A stretch of DNA of 64,000 bases. Source: Patescibacteria group bacterium (GTDB lineage: Bacteria; Patescibacteriota; Microgenomatia; UBA8517). Shown in pieces: positions 18,748 to 28,983 of this stretch. The DNA lies in NCBI GenBank assembly GCA_038062915.1, contig JBBTWD010000016.1:27522-91521 (forward strand), given 5' to 3'. Below the pieces are notes generated by a model. That model was not told the DNA's origin. It saw nothing but the letters and a program-made list of their open reading frames with translations, and made no database searches. A program made the position numbers and the translations under genes. Within the stretch, counting starts at the first letter, position 1. Each line of letters opens with the position of its first letter.

Positions 18748-19017
18748 ATGGCATTAGCAAAAGATTTAAAGCTAGAATTAATAAAGAAATTTGCTCGAGA
18801 AAAAGGCGACACAGGTTCTCCTGAAGTTCAAATTGCGCTTCTCTCAACACAAATAGAGAAATTAACAGCTCACTTAAAGGAACATAAAAAAGATACTCAT
18901 TCAAGACGAGGGCTTTTGAGCATGGTAGCTAAAAGAAGAAGACTTTTGTCTTATCTTCAAAAACATGACGAGGGGCGTTATAAAGACCTCATTAAAGAAT
19001 TAAAATTAGACAAGTGA
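18748..19017 (+). CDS. rpsO: 30S ribosomal protein S15
   Basis: [23 protein letters not shown]. Confidence 0.98.
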   Translation: MALAKDLKLELIKKFAREKGDTGSPEVQIALLSTQIEKLTAHLKEHKKDTHSRRGLLSMVAKRRRLLSYLQKHDEGRYKDLIKELKLDK

Positions 19018-21371
19018 AAAAAATAGAAAAATCAATTGAACTTGGAGGTAGAACCCTAACTTTAACTACAGGTGAACTTGCCCAGCAAGCCGCCGGCGCT
19101 GTTATGGCCAGACATGGCGATACTGTAGTTTTGGCTACTGTCGCTTCAGCGCCACTTAAAATTGAGCTCGACTATTTCCCTTTAACTTTAGAATATCAAG
19201 AAAAGCTTTACGCCGGCGGGCGAATCAAAGGTAGTCGCTGGGTTAAAAGAGAAGGCAGACCCACAGATGAAGAAATTCTTTCAGCTCGCCTGATAGACCG
19301 TTCAATTCGTCCACTTTTCCCTAAAACTTATAAACGTGAAGTCCAAGTAATTATCACGGTTCTTTCGGTAGATATGGAATCTGATCCATCAATTTTAAGT
19401 GCAATCGCGGCTTCAGCTGCAATTCATATATCAAATCTCCCCTGGAAGGGTCCTGTAGCTCCGCTTACCGTAGGACTTGTTGATGGAAAGTATTTAGTCA
19501 ATCCGACAGCAAAAGATTTAGAAGCTAGCTCGATGGACCTAACTGTTTCTTGCACAAAAGACGCCATTTTAATGGTCGAAGCTGGCGCACGCGAAGTAAC
19601 TGAAGAAGAAATTATTAAAGGTGTTGAGTTTGCAGTCAAAGAGTCAAAAGCAGTTCTAAAGTTAATTGAGGATATGGCTAAAGAGGTTGGGGTAGAAAGG
19701 GAAGTTTATAAAGAAGAAAAGCCTTCGGCCGAACTTGAATCACAAGTTAAAAAATTAGTTGGTAACAAAATTGAAGATTTAGTTAAAAACATGGCCTTTC
19801 ATGAAGGGCCAACTGGGGAATATGCGGAATTTGTTGATGCAGTTAAAAGTAACTTCGAGAAGGATGAAGATAAAAAGTTTGTTCTCGATATTGTTGACCA
19901 TTTAAAGAAAGACTTTATTCGTGAACAAATTCTCAAAAAAGGAAAACGACCAGATGGCAGAAAATTAACAGAGATTAGAGAACTATCAGGGCAAGTTGGA
20001 TATCTGCCTAGAGTTCATGGTTCGGCACTCTTTAAAAGAGGCCAAACCCATGTTTTATCAGTTGCTACTCTTGGAGCTTCCAAATTGGGTCAACTACTAG
20101 AGTCAGCCGAAGGAGAAGTTGAAAAACACTACATGCATCAGTACAACATGGCTCCTTTTGCGAGTGGTGAAACAGGAAGAGTGGGGAATCCTGGTAGGCG
20201 AGAAATTGGCCATGGTGCACTAGCTGAAAGGGCCTTGATACCAGTTATTCCTTCAATCGAGGAATTTCCATACGCAATTCGAGTAGTTTCAGAAGTAATG
20301 AGTTCAAACGGTTCAACATCAATGGCTAGTGTTTGTGGCTCCACCCTTTCTTTAATGGATGCTGGAGTCCCTATAAAATCGCCTGTAGCTGGAATAGCCA
20401 TGGGGCTTATATTTGGAGATAAGGCCATGCCTGCCGGTAGGCAGGAGTATGCGGTTCTCTCTGACATTATGGGGATTGAAGATTTTAATGGGGATATGGA
20501 CTTTAAAGTGGCGGGAACTTCTAAAGGAATCACGGCGCTCCAGTTAGATGTAAAAACATTAAATTTAACCAGTGAAATTTTACGTGAGGCACTCATACAA
20601 TCAAAAGATGCAAGAGCCAAGGTGATGAAGTCGATAACCGACATATTGAAAGCTCCGAGAGCTGAAGTTTCAGTATTTGCACCAAAGATCAAGGTTGTTA
20701 AGATTCCAGCAGACAGAATAGGAGAGTTTGTAGGACCTGGTGGAAAAGCTATCAAGAAATTAATAGCAGATACTGGAGCACAAATTGAAGTTAATGATGA
20801 TGGTGGAGTAAGTATTTCTGCAATTGACGAAAGTGCAATAGCTAAAGCTGTAACTTGGGTGGAAGGATTTGCAAAAGTAGTTGGGGCAGGTGAAGTTTAC
20901 GAAGGAACAGTAGCTAGAGTCTTAAATTTTGGAGCTTTTGTAGAAATCTTGCCCGGAAAAGAAGGGATGGTTCATGTTAGTGACATGGGTCAAGAGGGAT
21001 TTGTAGCAACAGCAGAAAGTGTCGTTAAAGTTGGAGATAAAATTCAAGTTCGAGTCAAAGAAATTGACGATATGGGCAGAATTAATTTGTCAATGAATTT
21101 AGATCCTGCAATGGATGAAAAAATCAGGGTTGAAAGATCCCACTTCGCTCCTCGCGGAGCTTCGAGGGACAATGCAAGAGGTGGGTTTGGTGGAGGAAGA
21201 TCATTTGGCGGTGGAGCAAGATCTGGTGGATACCAAAGAAGCGGAGGATTTTCCCCCAGAGGACGATCCTCTTTTGGAGGAAACAGAGATGGTCGTGGTG
21301 GGTCGGGTGGTCCCCACTTCCCAACTTCAAGATTGGTAGATGACAGCAGTAAAAAAGACTTCGGGAGATAA
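19014..21371 (+). CDS. pnp: Polyribonucleotide nucleotidyltransferase with Gly/Arg-rich tail
   Basis: [41 protein letters not shown] and S1 domains. Confidence 0.98.
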   Translation: MKKIEKSIELGGRTLTLTTGELAQQAAGAVMARHGDTVVLATVASAPLKIELDYFPLTLEYQEKLYAGGRIKGSRWVKREGRPTDEEILSARLIDRSIRPLFPKTYKREVQVIITVLSVDMESDPSILSAIAASAAIHISNLPWKGPVAPLTVGLVDGKYLVNPTAKDLEASSMDLTVSCTKDAILMVEAGAREVTEEEIIKGVEFAVKESKAVLKLIEDMAKEVGVEREVYKEEKPSAELESQVKKLVGNKIEDLVKNMAFHEGPTGEYAEFVDAVKSNFEKDEDKKFVLDIVDHLKKDFIREQILKKGKRPDGRKLTEIRELSGQVGYLPRVHGSALFKRGQTHVLSVATLGASKLGQLLESAEGEVEKHYMHQYNMAPFASGETGRVGNPGRREIGHGALAERALIPVIPSIEEFPYAIRVVSEVMSSNGSTSMASVCGSTLSLMDAGVPIKSPVAGIAMGLIFGDKAMPAGRQEYAVLSDIMGIEDFNGDMDFKVAGTSKGITALQLDVKTLNLTSEILREALIQSKDARAKVMKSITDILKAPRAEVSVFAPKIKVVKIPADRIGEFVGPGGKAIKKLIADTGAQIEVNDDGGVSISAIDESAIAKAVTWVEGFAKVVGAGEVYEGTVARVLNFGAFVEILPGKEGMVHVSDMGQEGFVATAESVVKVGDKIQVRVKEIDDMGRINLSMNLDPAMDEKIRVERSHFAPRGASRDNARGGFGGGRSFGGGARSGGYQRSGGFSPRGRSSFGGNRDGRGGSGGPHFPTSRLVDDSSKKDFGR
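20422..20446 (+). repeat. Palindromic micro-element, family A, in frame in pnp (adds AMPAGRQ)
   Basis: aggccatgcctgccggtaggcagga; 24/25 identical to the reverse complement of 60115..60139. Confidence 0.88.
21138..21169. repeat. REP-like palindrome, family B, inside pnp ([10 protein letters not shown])
   Basis: tcccacttcgctcctcgcggagcttcgaggga; inner hairpin gctcc-tcgc-ggagc. Confidence 0.65.
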
Positions 21372-21379
21372 ACAACCTC

Positions 21380-21408
21380 TTTACAATCGTCTAATAATCG
21401 TCTATAAT
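21380..21408 (+). promoter_or_regulatory. fic promoter with direct-repeat operator candidate
   Basis: TTTACA-17bp-TATAAT; AATCGTCTA x2 at 21385 and 21396. Confidence 0.6.
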
Positions 21409-21448
21409 ACGGCTAGTAGTGCCAAGCCTCGCTTAATATACGTCTAGT

Positions 21449-22498
21449 ATGTTTAATCCTAAATTTGCCATTACCAACAAACTCCTTTCAAATATTAAAG
21501 AAATAGGATCAATTATCACCGAACTTAACAATAGGAAATTTTCTAACCTAGTTCTGGTGGAAATGGAAAGGCTTGCTCGCGAAATCTCTTCGCATGCCTC
21601 AACTAGTATTGAAGGTAATCCACTACCATTAACCGATGTTAAACGACTGATTAAAACTGACCCGAAAAATATTCGTGATAGTGAAAAAGAAGTCCTAAAT
21701 TATAATAACGTCTTAAAACAAATAAACAAAAATCTTAAAAACAATAACATTCATTTTTCCCTAGATTTGATCTTAAAGATACAAAAAGGAGTTGTTGATG
21801 ATCTGCTACCAGATTACGACACAGGGGTGTTACGAAAGCGGCCAGTGTTTGTAAATAACCCGTCATTAAGAAAGGTAGTTTATCTACCTCCAGATCATTC
21901 TAATGTCCCCCTATTAATAGATGAACTGATTATGTTTATAAAAAGCAAGAGTGATGAAATAGACCCAATAATATTGGCGGGAATATTTCATAAACAATTT
22001 GTTTTAATCCATCCGTTTATAGATGGAAATGGAAGAACGACAAGACTACTCACAAAGATTTTACTTGCGGAAATGGGTCTGAATACTTTTAATTTGTTTA
22101 GTTTTGAAAATTATTACAATAAAAATGTAACAAGATATTTTGAATTTGTTGGAGAAATTGGTAATTACTATGAATTAAGTAAAAATGTTGATTTTACGAA
22201 GTGGCTTGAATATTTTACCGATGGAATTATTGATGAACTTTTAAGGGTTAAAAAGATACTTAGTATTCAAGTTGATCCTAAAAATGTAGTTTATAGTCAT
22301 GACCAAAAGGTGTTGGATTTTGTTGAAAAAAACGGATTTATTAAAAATAGTGATTACGCCAAGTTAATTAAGCGCTCAAAAGCTATGCGAGTAATCAATC
22401 TTAATAGACTAATTGAAATGGGTTTAATTGAGCGGAAAGGAAAAGGTAAGGCAACTTTTTATGTTTTAAAAAAGACTTTGGGAGATAAATTTCACTAA
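21449..22498 (+). CDS. Fic-family protein with C-terminal winged HTH
   Basis: HPFIDGNGRTTR catalytic motif; STSIEGN autoinhibitory motif. Confidence 0.93.
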   Translation: MFNPKFAITNKLLSNIKEIGSIITELNNRKFSNLVLVEMERLAREISSHASTSIEGNPLPLTDVKRLIKTDPKNIRDSEKEVLNYNNVLKQINKNLKNNNIHFSLDLILKIQKGVVDDLLPDYDTGVLRKRPVFVNNPSLRKVVYLPPDHSNVPLLIDELIMFIKSKSDEIDPIILAGIFHKQFVLIHPFIDGNGRTTRLLTKILLAEMGLNTFNLFSFENYYNKNVTRYFEFVGEIGNYYELSKNVDFTKWLEYFTDGIIDELLRVKKILSIQVDPKNVVYSHDQKVLDFVEKNGFIKNSDYAKLIKRSKAMRVINLNRLIEMGLIERKGKGKATFYVLKKTLGDKFH

Positions 22499-22517
22499 TT
22501 AATATATAATCGGCCAA

Positions 22518-23066
22518 GTGAACGATAATTTAAAACAAAAAATTAGAATATTTCAGAATATCCTTAATAAAATTCCGGAATTTAGATATATTGGCGATCC
22601 AATCTTAAGAAAAAGAACTAAGAAAGTTAGTTTGTCTGAAGGAATTAAGATAGGTAATAAATTAGGTAAAGTTTTGATTAAATATAGAAAAATTGCAGGA
22701 TTTGGTAGAGGTCTGGCTGCCCCCCAAATTGGAATTGATAAATCTGTCTTTGTAAGCTTTGTTGATGACAAGCTTCAAATTTTTATTAATCCTGTAATAA
22801 CCAAAGTTTCAAAAACTAAAAATTACTTCAGGGAACTTTGTTTAAGCACGGGATTTATATGGGGAGATGTTAAGAGATCGGAATGGATGGAGCTTAAATG
22901 GACCAATGAGGCAGGAAAACTTCAAAAACAAAAGTTTGATAGTTTTATGGCAAGACTTATTCAACATGAATATGCACATTTGTTAGGGGAAACAAATTTA
23001 GACGCAGCTGAAAACAAAACTATTGAATTTGCCAAAAATCCACTTGAAGAAAAACTTCGTAGATAA
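22518..23066 (+). CDS. def: Peptide deformylase (divergent)
   Basis: GDPILR, GLAAPQIG, ELCLS, QHEYAHL. Confidence 0.85.
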   Translation: MNDNLKQKIRIFQNILNKIPEFRYIGDPILRKRTKKVSLSEGIKIGNKLGKVLIKYRKIAGFGRGLAAPQIGIDKSVFVSFVDDKLQIFINPVITKVSKTKNYFRELCLSTGFIWGDVKRSEWMELKWTNEAGKLQKQKFDSFMARLIQHEYAHLLGETNLDAAENKTIEFAKNPLEEKLRR

Positions 23067-23146
23067 GACACCTATTTATTATTAATTAAACTTCCACGAA
23101 TTAATTATATCACCATGTTTCAACTTCCTGTTATACTCTAATTGAT

Positions 23147-24193
23147 ATGGATTCTGCTGCCCAGGAAATTACCACTTTAGTTGATAGAGTTAAAAAAGCT
23201 TCAATGCCAGATAAGCTTCGTGAATTAGTACTCGTACGACTTAATCAACTTTCAAAATTAACCTCGTCTGCAACTTTTTTACCTGAATTTGATCGAATGG
23301 AAAAGTATATTGATTGGATTTGTGATCTTCCCTGGGACAAAAGAACGCAGGATATCCTTGACCTCGAGAATGCCAAGAAAGTTTTGGATGCACATCACTA
23401 TGGACTAGACGACATCAAAACTAGAGTTTTGGAGTATACGAGTGTGATGAAACTTAAACAAGAAAAAGGAGAGAGTAAGGACATATATCGTGCTCCAATT
23501 CTTTGTTTTGTGGGTTTAGTCGGAACAGGGAAAACTACGATTGCATTTTCAATTGCAGAAGCCCTAGGCCGGCCCATTGCTCGCATTCCTTTTGGAGGGA
23601 TGGGAGATCCACTAGATCTTCGAGGTCAGAGTAGAATGCACCCAGAAGCCGAACCGGGTAAAATTATTAAGGCACTGCGGGATTGCCAAAGCAGAAATCC
23701 TGTAATACTTCTTGATGAAATTGATAGGGTAACTGATCAAGGAAGGGCTTCTATAATGGGAGTTTTGGTTGAGCTACTTGATCCTAAACAAAACCACGCG
23801 TTTGTCGATCACTATATCGATTTTCCGTTTGATTTATCTGAAGCCTTGTTTATAGCTACAGCCAATAACACTACAAGTATAGCAACTGCCGTTATGGATA
23901 GATTAGAACCCATTGGGATGCCAAGCTATACCGATCAAGAAAAAATTATTATTGGACAGAAATATATAATGCCATCTGCGATGAAAGCGTCAGGACTTCC
24001 TAATGGAAGTTTGACCATTGATGATGACGTTTGGGCGAGTATAGTAAGGCCCCTTGGATATGATGCTGGAATTCGTACACTGGAAAGAAACATTGATGGA
24101 GTTGTAAGGAAAGTTGCTAAAATGATAGTAGAGGGAAAATCAACTTCAGCCCATATCACTTCTGCCAACGTTAAAGAATTTTTACCACAATAG
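23147..24193 (+). CDS. Lon-type AAA+ module only (no N or protease domain)
   Basis: LPWDKRT, HYGLDDIKTRVLE, GLVGTGKT, LLDEID, DHYIDFPFDLS; 348 aa. Confidence 0.88.
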   Translation: MDSAAQEITTLVDRVKKASMPDKLRELVLVRLNQLSKLTSSATFLPEFDRMEKYIDWICDLPWDKRTQDILDLENAKKVLDAHHYGLDDIKTRVLEYTSVMKLKQEKGESKDIYRAPILCFVGLVGTGKTTIAFSIAEALGRPIARIPFGGMGDPLDLRGQSRMHPEAEPGKIIKALRDCQSRNPVILLDEIDRVTDQGRASIMGVLVELLDPKQNHAFVDHYIDFPFDLSEALFIATANNTTSIATAVMDRLEPIGMPSYTDQEKIIIGQKYIMPSAMKASGLPNGSLTIDDDVWASIVRPLGYDAGIRTLERNIDGVVRKVAKMIVEGKSTSAHITSANVKEFLPQ

Positions 24194-24207
24194 TATAAAA
24201 TAGGCTA

Positions 24208-24654
24208 GTGAAAATACTTATTATCTCTGATTCTCATGGTAATATTGCCAACATTAAGCATGTAATGGGTTTTGCAACCAACATAAATGCAAATGCTGTA
24301 ATTCACTGTGGGGATTGGGATAATTTAGAATCAGTTAAAACGGTTTTATCTTTCGGCATTCCCCTATATTCAGTTCTAGGAAATGCTGATACTGATCCGG
24401 GCTTTAAATTTAAAGAATTTTTAGAGGTCAATATTGATAATAGAAAAATTGGGGTTACACATAAACCAAGTGGTGTTAAGAAATATTTTGAAGGTAAAAA
24501 AATGGACATTATTTTTTGTGGACATTTACATTCGAAGGATGAAAGAATGTTAAATGAGGTAAGAGTTGCCCGTCCTGGAGCAATCCTAAATGGAATTAAT
24601 TTTGCGGTCTATGAAACTAAAGCAAATACAGTAGAATTTTTTCAAGATGAGTAA
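24208..24654 (+). CDS. YfcE-like metallophosphoesterase
   Basis: ISDSHGN, HCGD, GNAD, TH, GHLH. Confidence 0.9.
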   Translation: MKILIISDSHGNIANIKHVMGFATNINANAVIHCGDWDNLESVKTVLSFGIPLYSVLGNADTDPGFKFKEFLEVNIDNRKIGVTHKPSGVKKYFEGKKMDIIFCGHLHSKDERMLNEVRVARPGAILNGINFAVYETKANTVEFFQDE

Positions 24655-25219
24655 ATACGAATTACTTCATAAACTAAAAGAAAAAATGGAAAAAGATAAT
24701 TCATTGCCTCTTAAAAAAGGCGCTAATAAATTAGTTTTTGGATCGGGAAATACTGAAGCAAAAGTTTTACTAATTGGAGAGGGACCAGGAAGAAATGAGG
24801 ATGTTCAGGGATTACCATTTGTTGGTCAAGCTGGAAAGTTATTAGATAAATTACTTTTGTTGGCAGGTTTAGAAAGAAAAAAAGTTTTTGTTACAAACGT
24901 GGTTCACCACAGACCTCCTGAAAATCGTGACCCATTTCCCAGTGAAATAGAAGCCTATGGCAAGTACCTTGACAAAATTCTGGAAATTATTAAACCCAAA
25001 TTAATCATAACTTTAGGTAGATTTTCCATGGCAAAATTTTTACCAAACGTTTACATAAGTTCAGTGCATGGTAAAAAGTTTGAGTTAATTGTTAATAGTA
25101 AAAAGTTAATTGTTATCCCCATGTATCATCCGGCGGCATCGTTACGCAATGGCAATGTTTTAGAACAAGAAAAGAAAGACTTCTTACATTTAAAAGAAAT
25201 ATTGAGTAAAATAAGATAA
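24647..25219 (+). CDS. Family-4 uracil-DNA glycosylase
   Basis: GEGPG, PFVGQAG, RPPENR, YHPAA. Confidence 0.9.
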   Translation: MSKYELLHKLKEKMEKDNSLPLKKGANKLVFGSGNTEAKVLLIGEGPGRNEDVQGLPFVGQAGKLLDKLLLLAGLERKKVFVTNVVHHRPPENRDPFPSEIEAYGKYLDKILEIIKPKLIITLGRFSMAKFLPNVYISSVHGKKFELIVNSKKLIVIPMYHPAASLRNGNVLEQEKKDFLHLKEILSKIR

Positions 25220-26871
25220 TGGCTTTAAAGTTTATCGCTCTTTCCGGGACTGTCGGTGTAACCGAGAATCTCTATGTTTACGAAACAGATAGAGACATGA
25301 TGGTTGTTGATTGTGGTGTGGGATTTCCTGATCTTGAAATGCCTGGGGTAGAACTTGTTCTTCCCGATTTTTCTTACATTATTAAAAATAAAAACAAGTT
25401 ACGGGGAACAATCCTTTCTCAAGGACATGATGATCACGTTGGGGCCCTACCATTTCTTCTAAAGGAAGTGAATACTCCTATCTGGTGTACGGCTCTTGTC
25501 ACTGAATTTTTAAAAGTTAAGTTTAAAGATTATGGAGTTAAAAATTATCAAATTAATACATTTAACCCAGAACGAGATGTTTTTGAGGTGGGATCATTTA
25601 AAATTAATTCATTTAGGGTCACTCACTCGGTTCCCGACACTGTTGGTTTTGCAATCGATACCCCAGAAGGGAGAATCTTCCATGTGGCAGAGCATAAAAT
25701 GGACCAAACTTCAGTTGATGGGATGAGTTTTGACATTCTAAAAGCAAAAAAATTTGCGGATGAAAAAGAAGCGCTTTGTTTAATGTCTGATTGTTTGGGA
25801 TCAAATGACCCGGGATATACTCTAAGTGGAGTTTCTATTGAAGAAAATTTGCTAAAAATCGCAAAAAATGCTGGGCGCGGGGCCATTTATATGACTGCCA
25901 TCTCCTCAAGTATCGGAAGATTTCAGCAAATGATAAATGTTGCCACGAAGATTCATAGAAAAATTGTTCTTGTTGGCCGTTCCATTCAAAGTAAAGTTGA
26001 AATTGCTTATAACCTTGGTTATTTAAAATATTTACCAAGCCAAATAATCGATCTTAAAGAATCTCAAAAGTACGACGCGAGCCAAATCGTGTACATTATT
26101 GCCGGTTGTTATGGGCAAGTCGGAAGTTCTGTTTACAGACTTGCTCTAGGAGAACATGACAGAGTCAAAGCTAATCTAGGTGATACATTTATATTCTCGG
26201 CCGATCCCGGGCCAGCATACTCTAAAGAAGCCCAAGATTTAATTGTTGATGAATTAATTGATATTGGAGTAGATGTTCATTATTACGACTTAAATGAAGG
26301 ACTTCATGTTTCAGGTCATGGTAGCCAGGAGGACATTATAGAGTTATTTAAAATTGTCAAACCAAAATATTTTATTCCAACAGGTGGAACAATTAGATAT
26401 ATGTCTTCGTATCAAAAACTAGTTGTTGGTATGGGCAAACCTAAAGAAAATGTTTTTAGATTAAAGCCAGGTGAGAGTGTAATTTTTGAAAATGGAAATG
26501 CAAGGCGAGGAGAAACAATTAAAACAAGAGAGGTTATGGTCCACGGCCTTGGAATCGGAGATATTGGAAAGGTTGTTCTTGAAGATAGAACCGCACTGGG
26601 TAAAGAGGGGATTGTGGCCGTAACGCTTCTTGTTGGCAGAAACGGTATGGTTAGCAAAAAACCAGAAATGACTAGTCGGGGATTTGTTTTTGAACAAAAA
26701 TACCGTGGAATATTGGACGATGCGGCAAATAATTTACTGGACAATTTAAAAAGCAAAAAGGCTAAAAATATAGCGGAGTTAAAAAGTGTAACGGAGCATT
26801 TTTTAGAAAAATACTTTTTTGATAAAACTGGCCGCCGCCCCATGGTACTCCCCGTTGTAATTGAAGTATAA
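25219..26871 (+). CDS. rnj: Ribonuclease J (divergent metal motifs)
   Basis: VDCGVGFP, HSVPD, HVSGHG, C-terminal RRPMVLPVVIEV. Confidence 0.92.
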   Translation: MALKFIALSGTVGVTENLYVYETDRDMMVVDCGVGFPDLEMPGVELVLPDFSYIIKNKNKLRGTILSQGHDDHVGALPFLLKEVNTPIWCTALVTEFLKVKFKDYGVKNYQINTFNPERDVFEVGSFKINSFRVTHSVPDTVGFAIDTPEGRIFHVAEHKMDQTSVDGMSFDILKAKKFADEKEALCLMSDCLGSNDPGYTLSGVSIEENLLKIAKNAGRGAIYMTAISSSIGRFQQMINVATKIHRKIVLVGRSIQSKVEIAYNLGYLKYLPSQIIDLKESQKYDASQIVYIIAGCYGQVGSSVYRLALGEHDRVKANLGDTFIFSADPGPAYSKEAQDLIVDELIDIGVDVHYYDLNEGLHVSGHGSQEDIIELFKIVKPKYFIPTGGTIRYMSSYQKLVVGMGKPKENVFRLKPGESVIFENGNARRGETIKTREVMVHGLGIGDIGKVVLEDRTALGKEGIVAVTLLVGRNGMVSKKPEMTSRGFVFEQKYRGILDDAANNLLDNLKSKKAKNIAELKSVTEHFLEKYFFDKTGRRPMVLPVVIEV

Positions 26872-26883
26872 TGAATCTTGCCT

Positions 26884-28983
26884 ATGGCTAAGAATCATCA
26901 CAGAAGAAGACTTGATAAAAGAGGGTTTAAGTTAAAACTTAAAAGAGATACTGTCTTTTCTATTGTTCAGATTTTTTTCTTTGCCCTCGCCGGACTAGTT
27001 TTAATTTCCTTTTCCAGAACGGGCGCAATTTTGATGCGCTTCAACGATCTTTTAATCGCTTATTTCTCCTGGTCGGCAATTTTTTTACCTTTTGTTTTTC
27101 TTTCATTTGCATTTTTAATATCGAAAATAAAACTTATTATTGGTCAACCTAATGTAATAGTCGGATCACTTCTTTTTTTTCTTTCAATAATGGCAATTGG
27201 GCGCGCAGGTATATTGGGTCACGGAGCGTGGGAAGCTATTAGTATATTGATTACTGGGGTCGGAGCAGGAATTGTTTTAGCAGGAACTGCCCTAATTGGT
27301 TTAATTGTGCTTTTTAATACTTCAATTGATCAGGTGTTTAGGGTTGTCGCCAATATCATTTTAACCATCCGAGGCTATACTTTTGGAAACACCGATATTA
27401 AAATTGGAGGATCTCTTTCAAAAGGTCCTTTAAAAGTTTCCGGTGGTGGAATGGCCAAATCCCAAGTTGCCAATATGCCAAAAGAACCATTGGAACAAAA
27501 ACTTGTTAGTAATATACCTGGAGAAGAAAAAGTTTGGCACTACCCATCAATTGATTTGTTGGGCGAGGAAGAGGTGGGTAAGGCGGACCGAGGGGATATT
27601 AAGGGGAATGCCGCAATTATTGAAAAAACCCTTGAATCGTTTGGAATTACTGCCCACGTTGTTGAGGTTAATCTGGGTCCCGCCGTTACTCAATATGCTA
27701 TTGAGCTTGCTCATGGCACCAAGCTTTCTAAGATTACATCTTTGGAGCGTGATTTAGCACTAGCCCTTTCGGCTCCAACTGGGACAATTAGAATTGAAGC
27801 CCCGATTCCTGGAAGAAATTTGGTGGGAATAGAACTCCCCAATAGGAATGCAGAATTTGTACCGCTTAGAAAAATGATTGAAAGTGAAGCTATGTCTGGC
27901 AACCGCTCAAGATTAGCAGTTGCTTTGGGATTAGATGTTTCTGGTAGGGCAATTGTTGCCGATGTTTCTAAGATGCCACATATATTAATTGCTGGTCAAA
28001 CCGGATCTGGAAAGTCGATTTGTATCAACGCCTTTTTAGCATCGATTCTTTTTAGAGCTAGTCCATCTGAAGTTAAAATGATAATGGTCGACCCTAAACG
28101 AGTCGAGCTTACCCATTACAATGGCATTCCACATCTTCTTTCCCCTGTTATAGTAGAACCGAAAGAAGTTATCTCGGCTCTTCGTTGGATTTTAGCCGAA
28201 ATGGATAGGCGTTATAAACTTTTTGCTGAAGCGGGGGCCAGAAACATCGATAGTTACAATGAGATGTCAGGATTTCAAGCTCTTCCCTACATTTTATTAT
28301 TCATAGATGAACTCGCTGATATTATGCTTTTTTCTCCTGTTGAGGTTGAAGATGCGATTACCAGAATTGCTCAAATGAGTAGGGCTACTGGGATTCATAT
28401 GGTTCTAGCTACCCAAAGGCCATCAGTTGACGTTATAACTGGTCTTATCAAAGCCAATATTCCCTCTAGAATCGCTTTTGCAGTTGCGTCTCAAGTTGAT
28501 TCCCGGGTAATTCTCGATACTCAAGGAGCTGAAAAACTACTTGGAAAAGGGGATATGCTTTACCTTCCCCCGGAACAGGCAAAGCCAATGAGAATTCAAG
28601 GAGCTTTTGTTAATGACAAAGAAATTAACGCACTCGTATCTTTTATTAAAAATCAAGGTGTAACACCACAATATACACAGGAGGTTATAACCATGCAAAA
28701 GGCTGGGACGATTACGGTTTCAGGGATAAGTGGGGAGATTGATGATTTTTTCAAAGATGCCATTCGAGTCGTTTGCCAATATGAGAGAGCTAGCGCGTCA
28801 CTTCTCCAGAGAAGGCTGTCGATCGGATATGCAAGAGCTGCAAGAATTATGGATCAACTTGAAGATGGTGGTGTAATCGCGGCAAGCGATGGCACCAGTA
28901 AACCTCGAGAAGTTTTAGTGAAAAACGCAGAAGAGTTTATAGCAAATTTAGAAGGAAATGAAAACAATCGGCCAAATACTTAA
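26884..28983 (+). CDS. ftsK: DNA translocase FtsK/SpoIIIE
   Basis: N-terminal TMs, PHILIAGQTGSGKS, DPKRVEL, ATQRPSVDVITG, gamma domain LQRRLSIGYARAAR. Confidence 0.97.
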   Translation: MAKNHHRRRLDKRGFKLKLKRDTVFSIVQIFFFALAGLVLISFSRTGAILMRFNDLLIAYFSWSAIFLPFVFLSFAFLISKIKLIIGQPNVIVGSLLFFLSIMAIGRAGILGHGAWEAISILITGVGAGIVLAGTALIGLIVLFNTSIDQVFRVVANIILTIRGYTFGNTDIKIGGSLSKGPLKVSGGGMAKSQVANMPKEPLEQKLVSNIPGEEKVWHYPSIDLLGEEEVGKADRGDIKGNAAIIEKTLESFGITAHVVEVNLGPAVTQYAIELAHGTKLSKITSLERDLALALSAPTGTIRIEAPIPGRNLVGIELPNRNAEFVPLRKMIESEAMSGNRSRLAVALGLDVSGRAIVADVSKMPHILIAGQTGSGKSICINAFLASILFRASPSEVKMIMVDPKRVELTHYNGIPHLLSPVIVEPKEVISALRWILAEMDRRYKLFAEAGARNIDSYNEMSGFQALPYILLFIDELADIMLFSPVEVEDAITRIAQMSRATGIHMVLATQRPSVDVITGLIKANIPSRIAFAVASQVDSRVILDTQGAEKLLGKGDMLYLPPEQAKPMRIQGAFVNDKEINALVSFIKNQGVTPQYTQEVITMQKAGTITVSGISGEIDDFFKDAIRVVCQYERASASLLQRRLSIGYARAARIMDQLEDGGVIAASDGTSKPREVLVKNAEEFIANLEGNENNRPNT

